NCBI GenBank assembly: GCA_951406725.2
Contig: OX597832.1
Coordinates: 41,602,001 to 41,666,000, forward strand
Reading direction: 5' to 3'
DNA from: Octopus vulgaris
Lineage: Eukaryota
DNA length: 64,000 nt
Shown here piece by piece: positions 1-13,212 of this stretch; the stretch's first letter is position 1; each line of letters opens with the position of its first letter. The translations under genes were made by a program, and so were the position numbers. The notes under the pieces were generated by a model. It had not been told where the DNA came from. It saw only the letters and a list, made by a program, of their open reading frames with translations, and searched no databases.

Positions 1-238
1 CAAGCATGCAAATGTTTTAAAATATTTTAGTAGAACAAATGTGTAAAGTGTGTTTATCTTTAGAAAGCACTTCAATTACTGTCAAGTTGTCTTTTATAAA
101 ATTAGTTTGGAAAGAGAAAAGAAAACACAATAATTTAATAACCAGATAAACAAGAAACGTAATTATTATCTGCTACATCATCATCATCATCATCATCATC
201 GTCGTAGTCATCAATGTTGTTTTCAGCATCGTCTTTGA

Positions 239-269
<31 letters not shown>

Positions 270-567
270 GTTATTGTTGTGTACCACCTTACCACGGTGC
301 TTGCCCTAATAATTTATCATTATCGGGGAATTTTGTGTCTTTGTTTTTTTCATTTAATGTCAACTTTGAAATATGATCATTGACTGTTTTTTTTGGTAGT
401 AAATGAGGGAGGAGTTGAGGGAGAAGGAGAGGAGAATATGTGTGTGTGTACATGTGTGTTTGTGTGTGTGCGTGTGTGTGTGTGTGTGTGTGTAAATGTA
501 GAGGGGAAAGATGAGGAGGCAGAAGAGAAGGAAGCAAGGAAAGAAAATAATAATAATAATGATGATG

Positions 568-598
<31 letters not shown>

Positions 599-599
599 G

Positions 600-1050
600 C
601 AGAAGAAGAAGAAGAAGAAGAAGAAGAAGAAGAAGAAGAAGAAGAAGAAGAAGAAGAAGAAGAAGAAGAAGAAGATGATGATGAAGAAGAAGATGATGAT
701 GAAGATGAAGAAGGAGATGATGATGATGATGAAGAAGAAGAAGAAGAAGAAAAGAAGAAGAAGAAGAAGATTATGATGATGAAGAAGATGATGATGAAGA
801 GGAAGAAGAAGGAGAAGAAGAAGAAGAAGAAGAAGAAGAAGAAGAAGAAGAAGAAGAAGAAGATGAAGAAGAAGAAGATGATGATGATGAAGAAGATGAT
901 GATGAAGATGAAGAAGAAGAAGAAGAAGAAGAAGAAGAAGAAGAAGAAGACGAAGAAGAAGAAGAAGAAGAAGAAGAAGAAGAAGAAGAAGAAGAAGAAG
1001 AAGAAGAAGATAACGAAGAAGAAGATAAAGAAGAAGATGATGATGATGAT
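600..1050. repeat. (AAG)n/(ATG)n compound microsatellite
   Basis: Long runs of gaa interspersed with gat; preceded by (AAT)n and (TG)n. Explains the poly-K/F/S ORFs. Confidence 0.97.
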
Positions 1051-1318
1051 GGTGTCAATGATGAAAACAATGGAAATCAAGGAGCAAGACGATAAAAATG
1101 ATGCTGCAGAGGAAGATATGAACAAAGATGAGAAGCATGAAAAGAGCAGTTTAGGATATGGAGGTAGGTAGTCTAAGACTGTTGTTCTTTATCCGCAAGT
1201 CAGTTCTGATAAAAGAGAATTCCCTGATCAGATATTCAATATTTCCTTCAGACTTGGCCCATGTAGAACCATATCATTATTCAACATCTACATTGTTTTG
1301 CTTGTTTTTTCTTTTCTG

Positions 1319-1670
1319 ATCGTGGCCGTTGCCAGCCTCGCCTGGCCCCCGTGCTGGTGGTACGTAGCACCATCCATTCGTGGCTGTTGCCAGCCTCGCC
1401 TGGCCCCCGTGTTGGTGGCACGTAAAAGCACCATCCGTTCGTGGCCGTTTGCCAGTTCCATCTGGCACCTGTGCGGGTGGCACGTAAAAAGCACCCACTA
1501 CACTCACAGAGTGGTTGGCGTTAGGAAGGGCATCCAGCCGTAGAAACATTACCAGATCAGACTGGGCCTGATGCAGCCTTCTGGCTTCACAGACCCCAGT
1601 TGAACCGTCCAACCCATGCTAGCATGGAAAGCAGACGCTAAATGATGATGATGATGATGATGATGATGAT
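1319..1670 (+). mobile_element. Family C SINE-like retroposon with (GAT)n tail and about 3 internal ~58-bp repeats
   Basis: Shared core ggcacgtaaaaagcaccc...ggttggcgttaggaagggcatccagc and tail ccaacccatgctagcatggaaagc..(gat)n, seen in at least 8 copies in the window. Confidence 0.9.
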
Positions 1671-1936
1671 GTTGGAATTTGAGGGAAATTTGGTTGCAAT
1701 TTTTGCAAGTCAAGTGAGCACATATACATTTTTCTCTTTGGCCCATCTCTTGTCGATGTTGTGTGATGTGGATGTTGATAATGCACCAAAGATCAGCCCT
1801 GAGTAAGCATGCATTTTCAAAAATAGCTGGATGTGATCTGAGATAGATTTGATGGCTATTTCTAGCAGGTCAGGCCACTATGTAGAGCAGCGATTAGCCG
1901 ACAAGACCCACATATAATATTATTTTTATGTTTAAG

Positions 1937-2224
1937 ATCGTTACCAACGTCGCTTCACTGGCACCTGTGTCGGTGGCACGTGTAAAAAGATTCGAGCAAG
2001 GTCATTGCCAGTGTCGCCTGACTTGACCCCCGTGCAGGTGGCACATAAAAAGCACCCACTACAGTCTCGGAGTGGTTGGCGTTAGGAAGGGCATCCAGCT
2101 GTAGAAACTCTGCCAGATCAAGACTGGAGCCTGGTGCAGCCATCTGATTGCCAGCCCTCAGTCAAAACCGTCCAACCCATGCTAGCATGGAAAATGGACG
2201 TTAAATGATGATGATGATGATGAT
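1937..2224 (+). mobile_element. Family C SINE-like retroposon
   Basis: Same core and (GAT)n tail; closely matches the copies at 43397 and 60160. Confidence 0.9.
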
Positions 2225-2464
2225 GTTTTAAGAGCTGCAACATCTAATTTTAAAATTTAACAGTCTGATAGAATCTGATGGGCCCAAGGACTACAACATG
2301 CTTCAGTGTCTATTTTGGCATGGTTTCTACAGCTGGATGCTCCTCTTGGCATTAACCTCTTTACAGTAAGTACTGGGTGCTTTTTCAAGCCACCATCACT
2401 ACTGCAGTCACCATGCAGACTGCAAGATTATGACCCTTGAGAGAAATAGTGTCAGCTTTATGCT

Positions 2465-2692
2465 CATCATCATCATCATTGTTTGACCGTGGTCGAGACA
2501 ATGGAATTTACCATTCTACGCCAGACTTCACGGTCCATCATAGCATTATGGAGGTCCGGTTGCTGGATGCCTGTATCCCTGGAGATTACATCAGGGTAGG
2601 AGAGTGTGCGCCCTCTGGTATTGCGAATAGATGGCTTCCAAAGGAGAAGAGTAGAGATTACCTCGTTTTCAGCTCTACAACATAAAGCTCTC
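2465..2692 (-). mobile_element. 5'-truncated RTE-clade LINE 3' end
   Basis: Minus strand translates LLLWKPSIRNTRGRTLSYPDVISRDTGIQQPDLHNAMMDREVWRRMV, the RTE C-terminal W-P..RGR..D..DR..WR pattern. (GAT)n tail; 9-bp TSD ctttatgct at 2456-2464 and 2693-2701. Confidence 0.88.
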
Positions 2693-3659
2693 CTTTATGC
2701 TAGGGAGGGAATAAGGAGTTAAAATAGTAGAAAAGAAAGGAGCAAAGCAAGTTCTTGTAGATGAGCTGTGTGGCTACTCGCATATAAAAAACAGGGTGAG
2801 AATGATCAGTAGGAGCTGCAAAAAGATAAACAGAGGTATAGGGTGTTCAAGTGGCCCCTCAAGATATGAAGTGAGCAGAAGGGAGCAGAAACAGGGAAAC
2901 TAGGTGTGTTGATGCGCAAGAGTGTATGAACAAAAGTGCAAGAGTGAGAGATGGAGAAACGGGGGAGGAGAGGAGGTAGGCAACAACTGTAAAGATGTCT
3001 GATTATTCTCTGAGAGCTAAAGAATTTTTACTACACACACAGACACACACCCCCACATACAAACAGACACATATCCACATACAACCACAGACTATCAGGC
3101 ACAAGCATGCATGCAAGCATGCAATGGAAACACATGGAAGAAAAACATTAAATATTATGAATAAACAAAGAGAGCGTGAGATGAGAGACAAAGAACATTA
3201 TTAGAAGGAAGAGTGCAAGTTAATTACAGGATATCAATGTCTTTAGTCTGTAATTTACAGTATTTTGGCTGAAGTCCATTTTTGCCTTAAGTCAAAACAT
3301 TCATTCATTTAGGCAATATACATATATAGTATATAGTATATATAGGCAATATACATATATATATATATATATTCATTTAGGCAATATATATATATATATG
3401 GAGAAAAAGAAAGAGAGAGAAGACAGAGGGAGAGAGATATGTATGTATATGTGTGTGTATGTATGTTTATCTGTCTATCAGTATAATGTGTGTGTGTGTG
3501 TGCATGTGAATGTACTCATAGACAGGGGAAGAGGAGGAGTGGAGAGAAGGAGAGAGGAAGAGAGAAGGAGAGAGGAAGAGGGAGTAAGTCTTTATATATA
3601 GACTTTGCAATTCAATAGTAATACACTTGTTTTCATCGTCAGTGTCATCATTGTCATCG

Positions 3660-3690
<31 letters not shown>

Positions 3691-4776
3691 TACCATCATG
3701 AGGTTGATTTAATTGATTTACAACCCCACCTCCTGCAATTTATGGTCTGATGCTATGTTAGAACTATACAGCAGTAAGGCGGTTTGATTGAATACTTTCA
3801 ATTTGATGTAATGTTACTATAGACACAGTTTCCTACACCAACTAATATTCATTATTATACGTCTCCTTAGTGATACTACAATCATTATTTCGGCAAGTAT
3901 AGTGAAACAAATATACTTTGCTGATGAAGTTACAATAAACATAAAACAAGCCCAGAGTTGTCTCCCATATTAACCAAAATAATGCAAATAGTTATTAGTC
4001 AATGCCTTATGTTGTTATTTCTAGTCAGTTTGTCATGATCCCTATGCTGAATATGTTTACTCTAACCCAACTATTGTTTTTTCAGACAAATAGCATTTTT
4101 TAGCATTTTGCTCTCTATCTCTACATCAACCTGTGTACATTTTTGTACATTTATCTAATGATTCTCTCCTTATTACTTCAGTAAGTACAGTGAAGTCAAT
4201 ACTTTGCTAATATGATTATAGGAAAAATTCAAGTTTGTCCACAAAAGGAAGCTACTTTTTACTTTGTGTGTTAAATAATTTAACTCTGGTTTAATGGTTT
4301 TTATAGTTTTGTTTAATATAACCATTTTCCGCCCCCAACTGACTGTTTACTGTATAATAAGGTGAAATAAACAATTGAAGTCATTTTCAGAAACTCTGAA
4401 AGATCAAAGAAGAATGAAAGAAAGCAAAATCAAATGGTTATCTAAATTAAGTCAAAAGAAATATTTACCTTTAGGTGAAACAAAATATGATAATTTTCTT
4501 ACCTGGAAATAAATGAAAGGTTTTAAAAACATGAGTAAAGAAATGCATAAAAATGAAAATTAAAAGGTTAAACATAGCAATAATTATAAAACATAGATAA
4601 ACCACTCAGTTTATTGAGAAAGGAAGTGAGATTTTGCAACAGTCCTTGCTTTTACTAAGATATTGTCAATAAAGAAGTAGTTGTAATTATTATTAAAAAG
4701 AAATCTTTATTATTATATCAGAAATATTAAATTTCTAAATATCTCATAGAGATATGTACGGTGGTGGGGCAATAGA

Positions 4777-4916
4777 ATGGTTGTATACTGTCAATTTAAC
4801 GTGACAGTAGGGGATTACACCACCGCTGTTTAGCCCTACTGTCAGGAAGCGTCGATGCTTCCTAGGGCTAAACAGCGGTAGTGTAATTCCCTACTGTCAT
4901 GTTAAATTATAACCAT
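4777..4916. repeat. Near-perfect 140-bp palindrome (fold-back or MITE-like element)
   Basis: Arms aatttaacgtgacagtaggg-attacaccaccgctgtttagcccta and tagggctaaacagcggtagtgtaattccctactgtcatgttaaatt flank the centre ggaagcgtcgatgcttcc; outer ends atggtt/aaccat. Confidence 0.93.
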
Positions 4917-5389
4917 GATAATTAAGTTATGGGCATGGATTTGGCAGAGAGAAAGTAAAGAAGCCTGTTGTGTATTGTTTTATTTTATTTTGCACCCATT
5001 TTTCGATACCCATTTGCACGGATATAGACACTGTTTTACAGCTGGAGGCCCTTCCCATCACTAACTCTTACCTGCTTTTCTAGTAGGGGATCTCTTATCC
5101 TGCATTGCTTAGAAAGGGCAAAGTGAGTGGATGATTTGTTGATAGGAAAACTGATAACAACATCTACACATTACAACTTTAGTAGAAGTGGGCAAGATGT
5201 AAACACACACACACACACACACATAAAGGACAGGAGTTCAGAACTTGTTACAATATTGCATTGTGTTAATCAATGAGAGGGAACTTTTACATTGTCACCC
5301 AATCTGTAGAAAATAGTAGCCAAATATATCCCAAATTACAATCCTCAATCTTGAAATGGGACAGACCTACACTGGCTAATAAAATGAAT

Positions 5390-5641
5390 TAATGAAATTA
5401 TTGTATACAGTGCTCAGGTGCACCACAACTTGTCAAAAAGTGCATATAAAGCATATGCAGTAATGTACAAATGTCTGGGAAGTGAACAGTGTATGAGTCA
5501 GATACATGCTTGCGTGTGTATGGAGGGGAGAAAATCAGGTTAGTGTTGGCAAATCTCAGGAAGCATGGAAGTTTTGAAGGATGCAGTGCTCCAACAACTA
5601 ACAACTGATGCCGGCAGTCTGTTCCATACTTCAGCAACTCT
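5390..5641 (-). mobile_element. CR1-clade LINE 3' fragment
   Basis: Minus strand translates RVAEVWNRLPASVVSCWSTASFKTSML (CR1 ORF2 C-terminal WN-LP..VV..FK motif); same family as 18444-18796. Confidence 0.85.
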
Positions 5642-6342
5642 TAGTGTAGTCCAAGAAACACAATATCTAAAATAACTGGATGGTCATAATATCTAAAATA
5701 ACCGGATGGTAAACTGGAATGCCTAAGATCAAAGGCTTGCTTATTCAGTGCTGACTTAAGCCCAAGCAACAACAATGGTAATGAAGATAGCAGTGACAGT
5801 AACAATGACCATGTGTTCTTAAGCAAGTAACATAGACATACTTGCTCCAGAATAATTTTGCACAATAGATTTTGACAGTCTAACTGTAAAAACAGACAAC
5901 CGACCTTCAGTAACCTTTCTCCAATACAGTCATTTCAGGTTCACATAGTTGGTGTTCTTCATGACACCAGCAGTTAGACCAGTTGTTTTTACAATTCCCA
6001 CGCAAAAAATGTACAAATTTCGCAAAGAGAAATACATCAGAGAAGGTGAAAAGAAAAAAAAAAATTTTAATGAAGAAAAAACAGTGAAGTATATTGTTGG
6101 TGTAATGGGAAAATGAATTATAAAACAGTAGAAAAAAATAATACAAGAAGGTTAGAAATAAATAACAATCTTGCATTATACTGTAAATGTATAAATCATG
6201 AAGGAAAATAATTAGGAAAGGTGGAAGGTAGAGGACCTTTGTTCAATAATTTGATTTCTGCAAGTGACATGAATGTTTTGATATTTCAAATCTCAACAAC
6301 ATTAAAACTGTTTTGTTAAAACAATGGATTCTTTTACTGTGA

Positions 6343-6346
<4 letters not shown>

Positions 6347-6389
<43 letters not shown>

Positions 6390-6400
6390 TGTGAGTGTGT

Positions 6401-6446
<46 letters not shown>
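6347..6446. repeat. (TG)n microsatellite
   Basis: Direct reading. Confidence 0.97.
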
Positions 6447-6450
<4 letters not shown>

Positions 6451-6699
6451 GTATTTTGATTTGGCTTTTAATTTACTGTTTTATTTTAACCTTCAATTTT
6501 GTTATATATATATATATATATATATTTTTGTTTTCTTTTTCTCTCATTCTCTTTTTCTGAAACTTAGAAACCTGTAGGTTAAGGGTAGATACAAACTGCT
6601 GCTGACCTAACCAACATGCTAACCAACCAACCAGTCAACCAGCCAACCAGCCAATCAACCAGCCTGTCAGCCAACTGACCAGCCAAGCAATCAACCTGT

Positions 6700-6938
6700 T
6701 TCTTTACTACCCACAAGGGGCTAAACACAGAGGGGACAAACAAGGACAGACAAACGGATTAAGTCGATTATATCAACCCCTAGTGCGTAACTGGTACTTA
6801 TTTAATCGACCCTGAAAGGCTGAAAGGCAAAGTCGACCTCGGCGGCGGAATTTGAACTCAGAACATAACAGCAGACAAAATACGGTTACGCATTTCACCC
6901 GGCGTGCTAACGTTTCTGCCAGCTTGCTTTCTGCTAGT
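6700..6938 (-). mobile_element. Family B tRNA-derived SINE with Nin/Deu-like central domain
   Basis: Reverse strand has A/B-box-like head (tggcagaaacgttag ... gagttcaaattcc) and gcctttca.cctttc.gggtcgat core; 16-bp TSD caagcaatcaacctgt at 6684-6699 and 6939-6954. Confidence 0.9.
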
Positions 6939-7696
6939 CAAGCAATCAACCTGTCAACCAGCCACCCAGCCACCTCGGTGACCATGCCAAGAGTCTCTAT
7001 GCAATAACCCAATCAGCCAAAAATAGCAGCTTAATATATTCTTATATCACACTACCAATCTTATAAAGTGGAAGGACACATCGAATAATGAACTCCCAGA
7101 AACATTATGTCTAAATAAAAGGCAGGATGTTCATAGGTAAAACACATTTTGATCAGGGGTCTGCTCAGGTCTTTCTATTTTTTTTACATCTTTTAGTCAG
7201 AGAAAGAATAGCAGTGCTCATGACCTTTCACAGAGCCTCCAAGACTAGTGGGGGGGAGAGTAAGGAGGGAGGAAGGTTTTCTCAAACCACAGATCTGACC
7301 TGAATGTTTGCAACAAACTGGACTTCACTAAAGTCACCCAAGATATCAGCTAGAGTTGTTGAACTGAGAAACAAATAAAGTCTACCAAAAAAAGCAGGTT
7401 TGGGGTGAAATTTGAACCCAGAACACAAAGAGCCAGAACAAATGCTGCTAAGCATCTAATCCCGTGTTCTTGTATTTCCACCAATCTATCACTGTGTATT
7501 GGTACTTTTTATAATTAACTCCAAAAGGATGATGGCAAAGTCGACCTTGGCAGGATTTGAACTCAACACACAGTGAATTGGAATAAATACGATGAAGCGT
7601 TCTAGCCAATGTTTGAATGACTGCCAGTTCTTAGTTAGTGTTGACCTGGGGCTAAACAACATGATCAGTACCTAGCACACAGTATACCTAGCATAA

Positions 7697-7940
7697 TCAT
7701 CATCATTGTCATTTAATGTCCACTTTTCCATGCTTGCAGGGCCTAGGCAGAATTTGTTGAGGGATATTTTCTATGGCCTGATGCCCTTCCTATTGCCAAC
7801 CCTCACCTGTTTCCAAGTAAGGTAATATTTCCCCATGACCAGAGATGTTTTCTACAGAAGACTTAAAAAGAACTACATTGCTTGTATAACACTTATGTTT
7901 ATATACAATGACCATGTGATGTCAAGATAAGGGTACATAC
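7697..7940 (-). mobile_element. Older retroposon sharing the family C 3' end
   Basis: catcatcat..tttaatgtccacttttccatgcttgc..gatgcccttcc; related pieces near 5030, 33300 and 53310. Confidence 0.65.
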
Positions 7941-8224
7941 ACACATATATATACATACATATCTATCTATTTATCTATGGATCACACATGCATGCACACA
8001 CACATGCATGCACGTACGCATGCACACACACACACACACACACAAAATAGATTTCTTTAATTTCTATCTATCAAATGCACTCACAAAGTTTTGGTTGGCC
8101 CAGGGTTATGGTAGAAGACACTTGTCCAAGGCGCTGCACAATGGGATTGAACCTGAGACCATGTAAGCTTCTCAAAACACGCAGCCATAAGTTTGTGTCA
8201 ATCAGGGCTGACTTGAAGTTAAAC

Positions 8225-8419
8225 AGCAGCACCAACATTGCCATCACCATCACCACCACCGCCAACATCAACACCACCACCACCACCACCATCAACATCA
8301 CCATCATCACTACCACAATCAAGTAGCAACACCCTTTCCACCATCATCACCATCCCCTCCATTAACATGAACAATATTGCCAACATCCATCTACCACCAC
8401 CACCACCACCACCACCACC

Positions 8420-8451
<32 letters not shown>

Positions 8452-8790
8452 CAACAACAACATTACCATCATTTTTTTCCATTACAAGAAACTTCACTGC
8501 CACAAGAAAGCAGCAACAACATCATGGGTTCACCATCATCACAACCACCTCCAGCAAGAACAACATTGCCATCACTATTCCACCACCATCATCATCACTA
8601 TCACAAGCACAATCGCTACCACCATCAATACCATCACCATCACCATCACTACCATCATCAATGTTAACATTACCATCACCCTTCTACTACCATCATCACC
8701 ACCACAAGCATTATCAACATCAGCATTTCCAGTTCTCCCCCCACCACCACCACCACTACCACCACCTCCACTGCCCCCCACCCCATACCC
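8225..8790. repeat. Degenerate (CAC/CAT/CAA)n low-complexity tract
   Basis: Triplet runs give Pro/Thr/His-rich pseudo-ORFs in several frames. Confidence 0.9.
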
Positions 8791-9475
8791 CTACCCTTTT
8801 AGATTGGCACCACTCATATGATTGACCTATCAGATATTCTAGATGTTGTAACAGCTGACAGAAGCTTTTTTTCAATGGCCTTTCTCAAGAGGCTTAGATT
8901 TGTGACATAACAATCTCCCCACCATTACCACCACCACCACCACCACTACCTCCTTTGCTTCACACATATGCGTACACTTACACTCACACACACACTTATT
9001 TCACACATTACCAAAAGTGTCACTCCATCTGTCAATGTTTATAGAATATGAAAATAGGAAACATTATTCCCAACGCGATACAGCAGCAAAGTTTGAAGGA
9101 ACTTTTTTTTAAAAGACAGCAGAAAGAATCATATGTCTTGAAGCATTATATTACATTCCAAAACCCTTTCATACTGTGCAATGATTCCAAAATTCTCTCA
9201 ATGGCTGTTGTCAGTTTTTGCCCCCAGTGTCCTGTCCCAAATAGAATTTTTATATCAAACCATGTAGAAGGTCAAATTGTATGATATAGTAGTTAGACTG
9301 TTGGGTAATGTTTGTAAGGTCGTGGGTTTGATTCCTGGACCAAGCAGCATATTGTGTTCTTGGACAAAGAACTTCATTTTTTATTGCCCCAGCCCACTCA
9401 ACTAAGACTGAGTTGCATCTACTGCAGAATGGTAAATAATAGATATTAGTCCTAAATTTTATAAATGCTAGATGT

Positions 9476-9830
9476 GAAGGCACATGGCTTAGTGGTTAGA
9501 GTGTTGGGCTGAGAATCATGAGGTAATGAGTTTGATTACCAGATCAGGTTGTGGGTTGTGTTCTTGAGCAAGATACTTCATTTCACATTGCTCCAGTCCA
9601 CTCAGCTGTAGAAATGAGTCGCAACATCACTGGTGCCAAGCTGTATCAACCTTTGCCTTTGCCTTGGATAACATTGGCGACATAGAGAGGGGAGGCTGGT
9701 ATGCATGGGCGACTGCTGGTCTTCCATAAACAACCTTGCTCGGACTTGTGCCTTGGAAGGTACCTTTCTAGATGCAATCCCATGGTCCTTCATGACTGAA
9801 GGAGGTCTTCACCCTTGACCCTAGATGTCT
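9476..9830 (+). mobile_element. Family E tRNA-derived SINE with V/CORE-like centre
   Basis: Head tggcttagtggttagag...gagtttgattacc, then ttgtgttcttgagcaag..ctccagtccactcagctgtagaaatgag; inverted copy at 20488-20770 and fragments near 9275 and 31200. Confidence 0.8.
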
Positions 9831-11053
9831 GTGGTCCGTGACAGTTACAGTACACCAGATGATTACACAGAAGGTGGTGGGATGGAAAATTGGAAAGCAG
9901 GACCAACAAAAATACCATTTTATTTTTTTAAGGAATTAAGGAGAAAGGGTAGCACCAATGGCCTATTTAAGTACTTCCAATACTGGTGATAGGAAAAGAG
10001 GCACCTAAAGACCAGGTACTGGTATTAAATCAGGTGATGGATTAAGTCTACCACCCAAGTAAAACAATATAGGACTTGAACACAGAATGCACAGAACTAG
10101 AACATATACTACAATACGTTTAATGTAATGTTCTTACAGTTCTGCCAATCTATTGTCTTGGAGAGTTACCTTTATAATGATCCTGAAAGGATGAAAGGCA
10201 AAGTTAACCTATGGTGGTACAGTAATGGAATAGTTACTAGATCATCTAACAAGTAATAGATATGAGGTTCCAGGTCTTTGAGAGTAGTCTTTTCTCCCTT
10301 TTGCCTTTTCAGTTTTAAATTAGTTATTATAGTATCTAATACCATTTTCATTAAAAATTGCAAGCAATACATTTAAATATATCGAAGTTAAGGTAGCTCA
10401 CTTCTATTTTTAGTTAACAACTCTAGACATATCCACAAAGGAGACCCTGAATTCTCTAACCTACTCTCTGTCCAAGATGTGACCTTAAGCAAGAAACTTC
10501 CTCTCCAGATTCAGTCTCCTCTTAGCTGTGTTTCGCAAAAAATTACTAAATATTCTCAGTCACCAGTATATGCCAATTATGTCCCATGATAAAACATTCC
10601 TCTTTCACTCTGTGAAGTAGTATGACCAAGCTGTGAATTATATACTAAAATAGTAGGAGGGGTTATGGCAACAAAAGACTGTTAAGTAACATAGCTTTAA
10701 ATCCTATCAAAGCTAACTCAGTCTTTACAGTACAATTTTTATGAGAAACAGATGAGATTTCAAGCATTTATGGTAATTGGAACTTTGTCTTTGTTTGGAG
10801 CTTATCTAACACTTAAGAACAAACAACTTGACAAACCAATAAGTAGTAACTCAGTCTGCTAGAAATAGCAGCCAAATCTTCTTCACATCATACTCTATCA
10901 TCTTAAGAAATGATATGTTGAAAATATAGTCTTGGGGGCTTATGCGCATGGGAAAAATATGGGATGGTCATAGCTGGAATATCTTTGATTATAAATCTGC
11001 TCAAATAAATTGAGCAGATTGTTTAGCCCCATGTCTAAATAAATTTATACATG

Positions 11054-11436
11054 GGCGTAGGAGTGGCTGTGTGGTAAGTAGCTTGCTTATAAACCACATA
11101 GTTCCGGGTTCAGTCCCACTGCACGGCACCTTGGGCAAGTGTCTTCTACTATAGCCTCGGGCCGACCAAAGCCTTGTGAGTGGATTTGGTAGACAGAAAC
11201 TGAAAGAAGCCTGTCGTATATATGTTTGTATGTTTATGTTTGTCCCCCCCAACATCACTTGACAACCGATGCTGGTGTGTTTACGTCCCTGTAACTTAGC
11301 GGTTTGGCAAAAGAGAACCGATAGAATAAGTACTAGGCTAACAAAAAATAAGTCCTGGGGTCGATTTGCTCAACTAAGGGCGGTGCTCCAGCATGGCCGC
11401 AGTCAAATGACTGAAACAAGTAAAAGAGTAAAAGAG
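11054..11436 (+). mobile_element. Family A tRNA-derived SINE, full length
   Basis: A box gtggctgtgtgg, B box ggttcagtccc, body ccttgggcaagtgtc, tail (gtaaaaga)n; more than 12 copies in the window. Confidence 0.93.
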
Positions 11437-12820
11437 TATGGGCTAAACAACAACAACAATGCCAACTATAAAGTTGATATCAGTATGCCAAACTGTTTTG
11501 TTGTAAAACATCTTAACCATAATGCTTTAGCAGCTCAAGCCTATTTCTGCCAAACAACTGTATATCAGTGTCTTCCACTACATTTAATAAAAAGAAACCA
11601 TGCACAGATGTCTGCTTGTCTATTTAATGGATAGAAATAATGTTGAGACTAAGAGACAATAAAAAGAAGTTAGCGTTAAAAACTGGATATCAGAAAGACT
11701 GACATTTACTGAGATAAAGCCATAAACTGTAATTAATAGTCTTTTTCCTCAAAGTTTTTTTTTCTTCTTTTGTCGTCAGTTATGAAGAAACAGATATTTT
11801 GATAAATGCATATTTTAATTATTTTCATGCCAGGAGAGGAAGGACAGAAGACATGATGTTTTGCAGGAATTCCAAGAAAGGTTGGGGAGAAAGAGAGGTA
11901 GTAACAACCATTACAACACATTATGATTTTGTGCTCAGTTCCTCTGATGGTTTGGGTTGCAACAGGGTGAACTCTGGAATAGGCACTTAAGGGCAAGGTC
12001 ATGGTTTCAAACTAGGTATTAAGTCTAACACTAAAAAATGTGTGCAACCCATCAGAAAGGCTTCCACACAGTTTTTGTCAAATTGAGAGCAGGTCAAACT
12101 GAAACTGTGGACGAGTATACCGGTTCAAGATGGGTTCAAAATCAAATCAAGTTATGTCGGTGAGTTGGTTAGTGTGTCTTAATCTTTTTTGTCTAAGGTC
12201 CCACTTTGATTCCCACCCCAACCAAGAAAACATACATCCTATCATGAATGAACAAAGTATGTGTGTGTGTATGTATACACACACATCAAAGGTTGTTTGT
12301 TAGAGAGTGGACATTGGTTTAGCTGTATGGGTAACTTGTCAGATACATTGGCTGAAGTTACATAACCTATCAACAACTATAGGAAGAAAAACATTTTGGT
12401 CTGTTAAGGTTGTAAACAAAAAATGACCAAGATGTTTTCCTTCCTCCAGTTGTAGAGAGATTACGTGCCTCTGACCAATGAGTCGCCTATATAGCCAAGA
12501 GCTTTATAAGCTCAAAACCAATGGTCACTCTTTGACTTTCCTTAACAAACAACCTTCTAAATATTACTGCTCTAATATTTTAGAGTGTTTTTCTTTACAG
12601 ATTTATGTACTACTGACTGATTATATATATGTGTGTTCAAAAGAAGTTTTTTTCTGAAGTAACCCATGACCCACCAAAATACATCAATGGGGACATGATC
12701 CCTGCTTTTAGAAACACTGTGTTGAGTTATCTATTCAACAAACTTAAGCACTTCACATGCCTCAATTCAAATCCTAATCATTATAGCATGTTTTGTATAA
12801 CTGACACTATATATATATAT

Positions 12821-13212
12821 TCTTTTACTTGTCTCAGTCATTTGACTGTGACCATGCTGGAGCACTGCCTTTAGCTGAGCAAATCAATCCCAGGACTTAT
12901 TCTTTGTAAGCCTGGTACTTATTCTATCAGCCACTTTTTCCAAACCGCTAAGTTACAGGGACATAAACACACCAGCATCAATTGTCAAGTGATGTTGGGG
13001 GGACAAACACAGACAGACACACAAACATACACACACACACACATGATGGGCTTCTTTCAGCTTCTGCCTTCCAAATCCACTCACAAGGCTTTGATTGGCC
13101 CAAGGCAATAGTAGAAGACACCTGCCCAAGGTGCCATGCAATGGGACTGAACCCAGAACCACATGGTTGTTAAACAAGCTACTTACTACACAGCCACAGC
13201 CACTCCTGTGCC
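12821..13212 (-). mobile_element. Family A SINE
   Basis: Full-length reverse-complement match to the other A copies. Confidence 0.9.

Noticed and set aside
289-1171. Long ORFs (278 aa, 127 aa, 132 aa)
   Set aside because: Pure triplet microsatellite read-through, open in several frames on both strands.
5060-5085. CAG|GTAAG on the minus strand (also on the plus strand at ~33590)
   Set aside because: No polypyrimidine tract; the 5070 site lies within a repeat.
11054-11130. tRNA-like sequences at the heads of families A, B, D and E
   Set aside because: A/B boxes are present, but I found no complete cloverleaf; they are attached to SINE bodies, so not tRNA genes.
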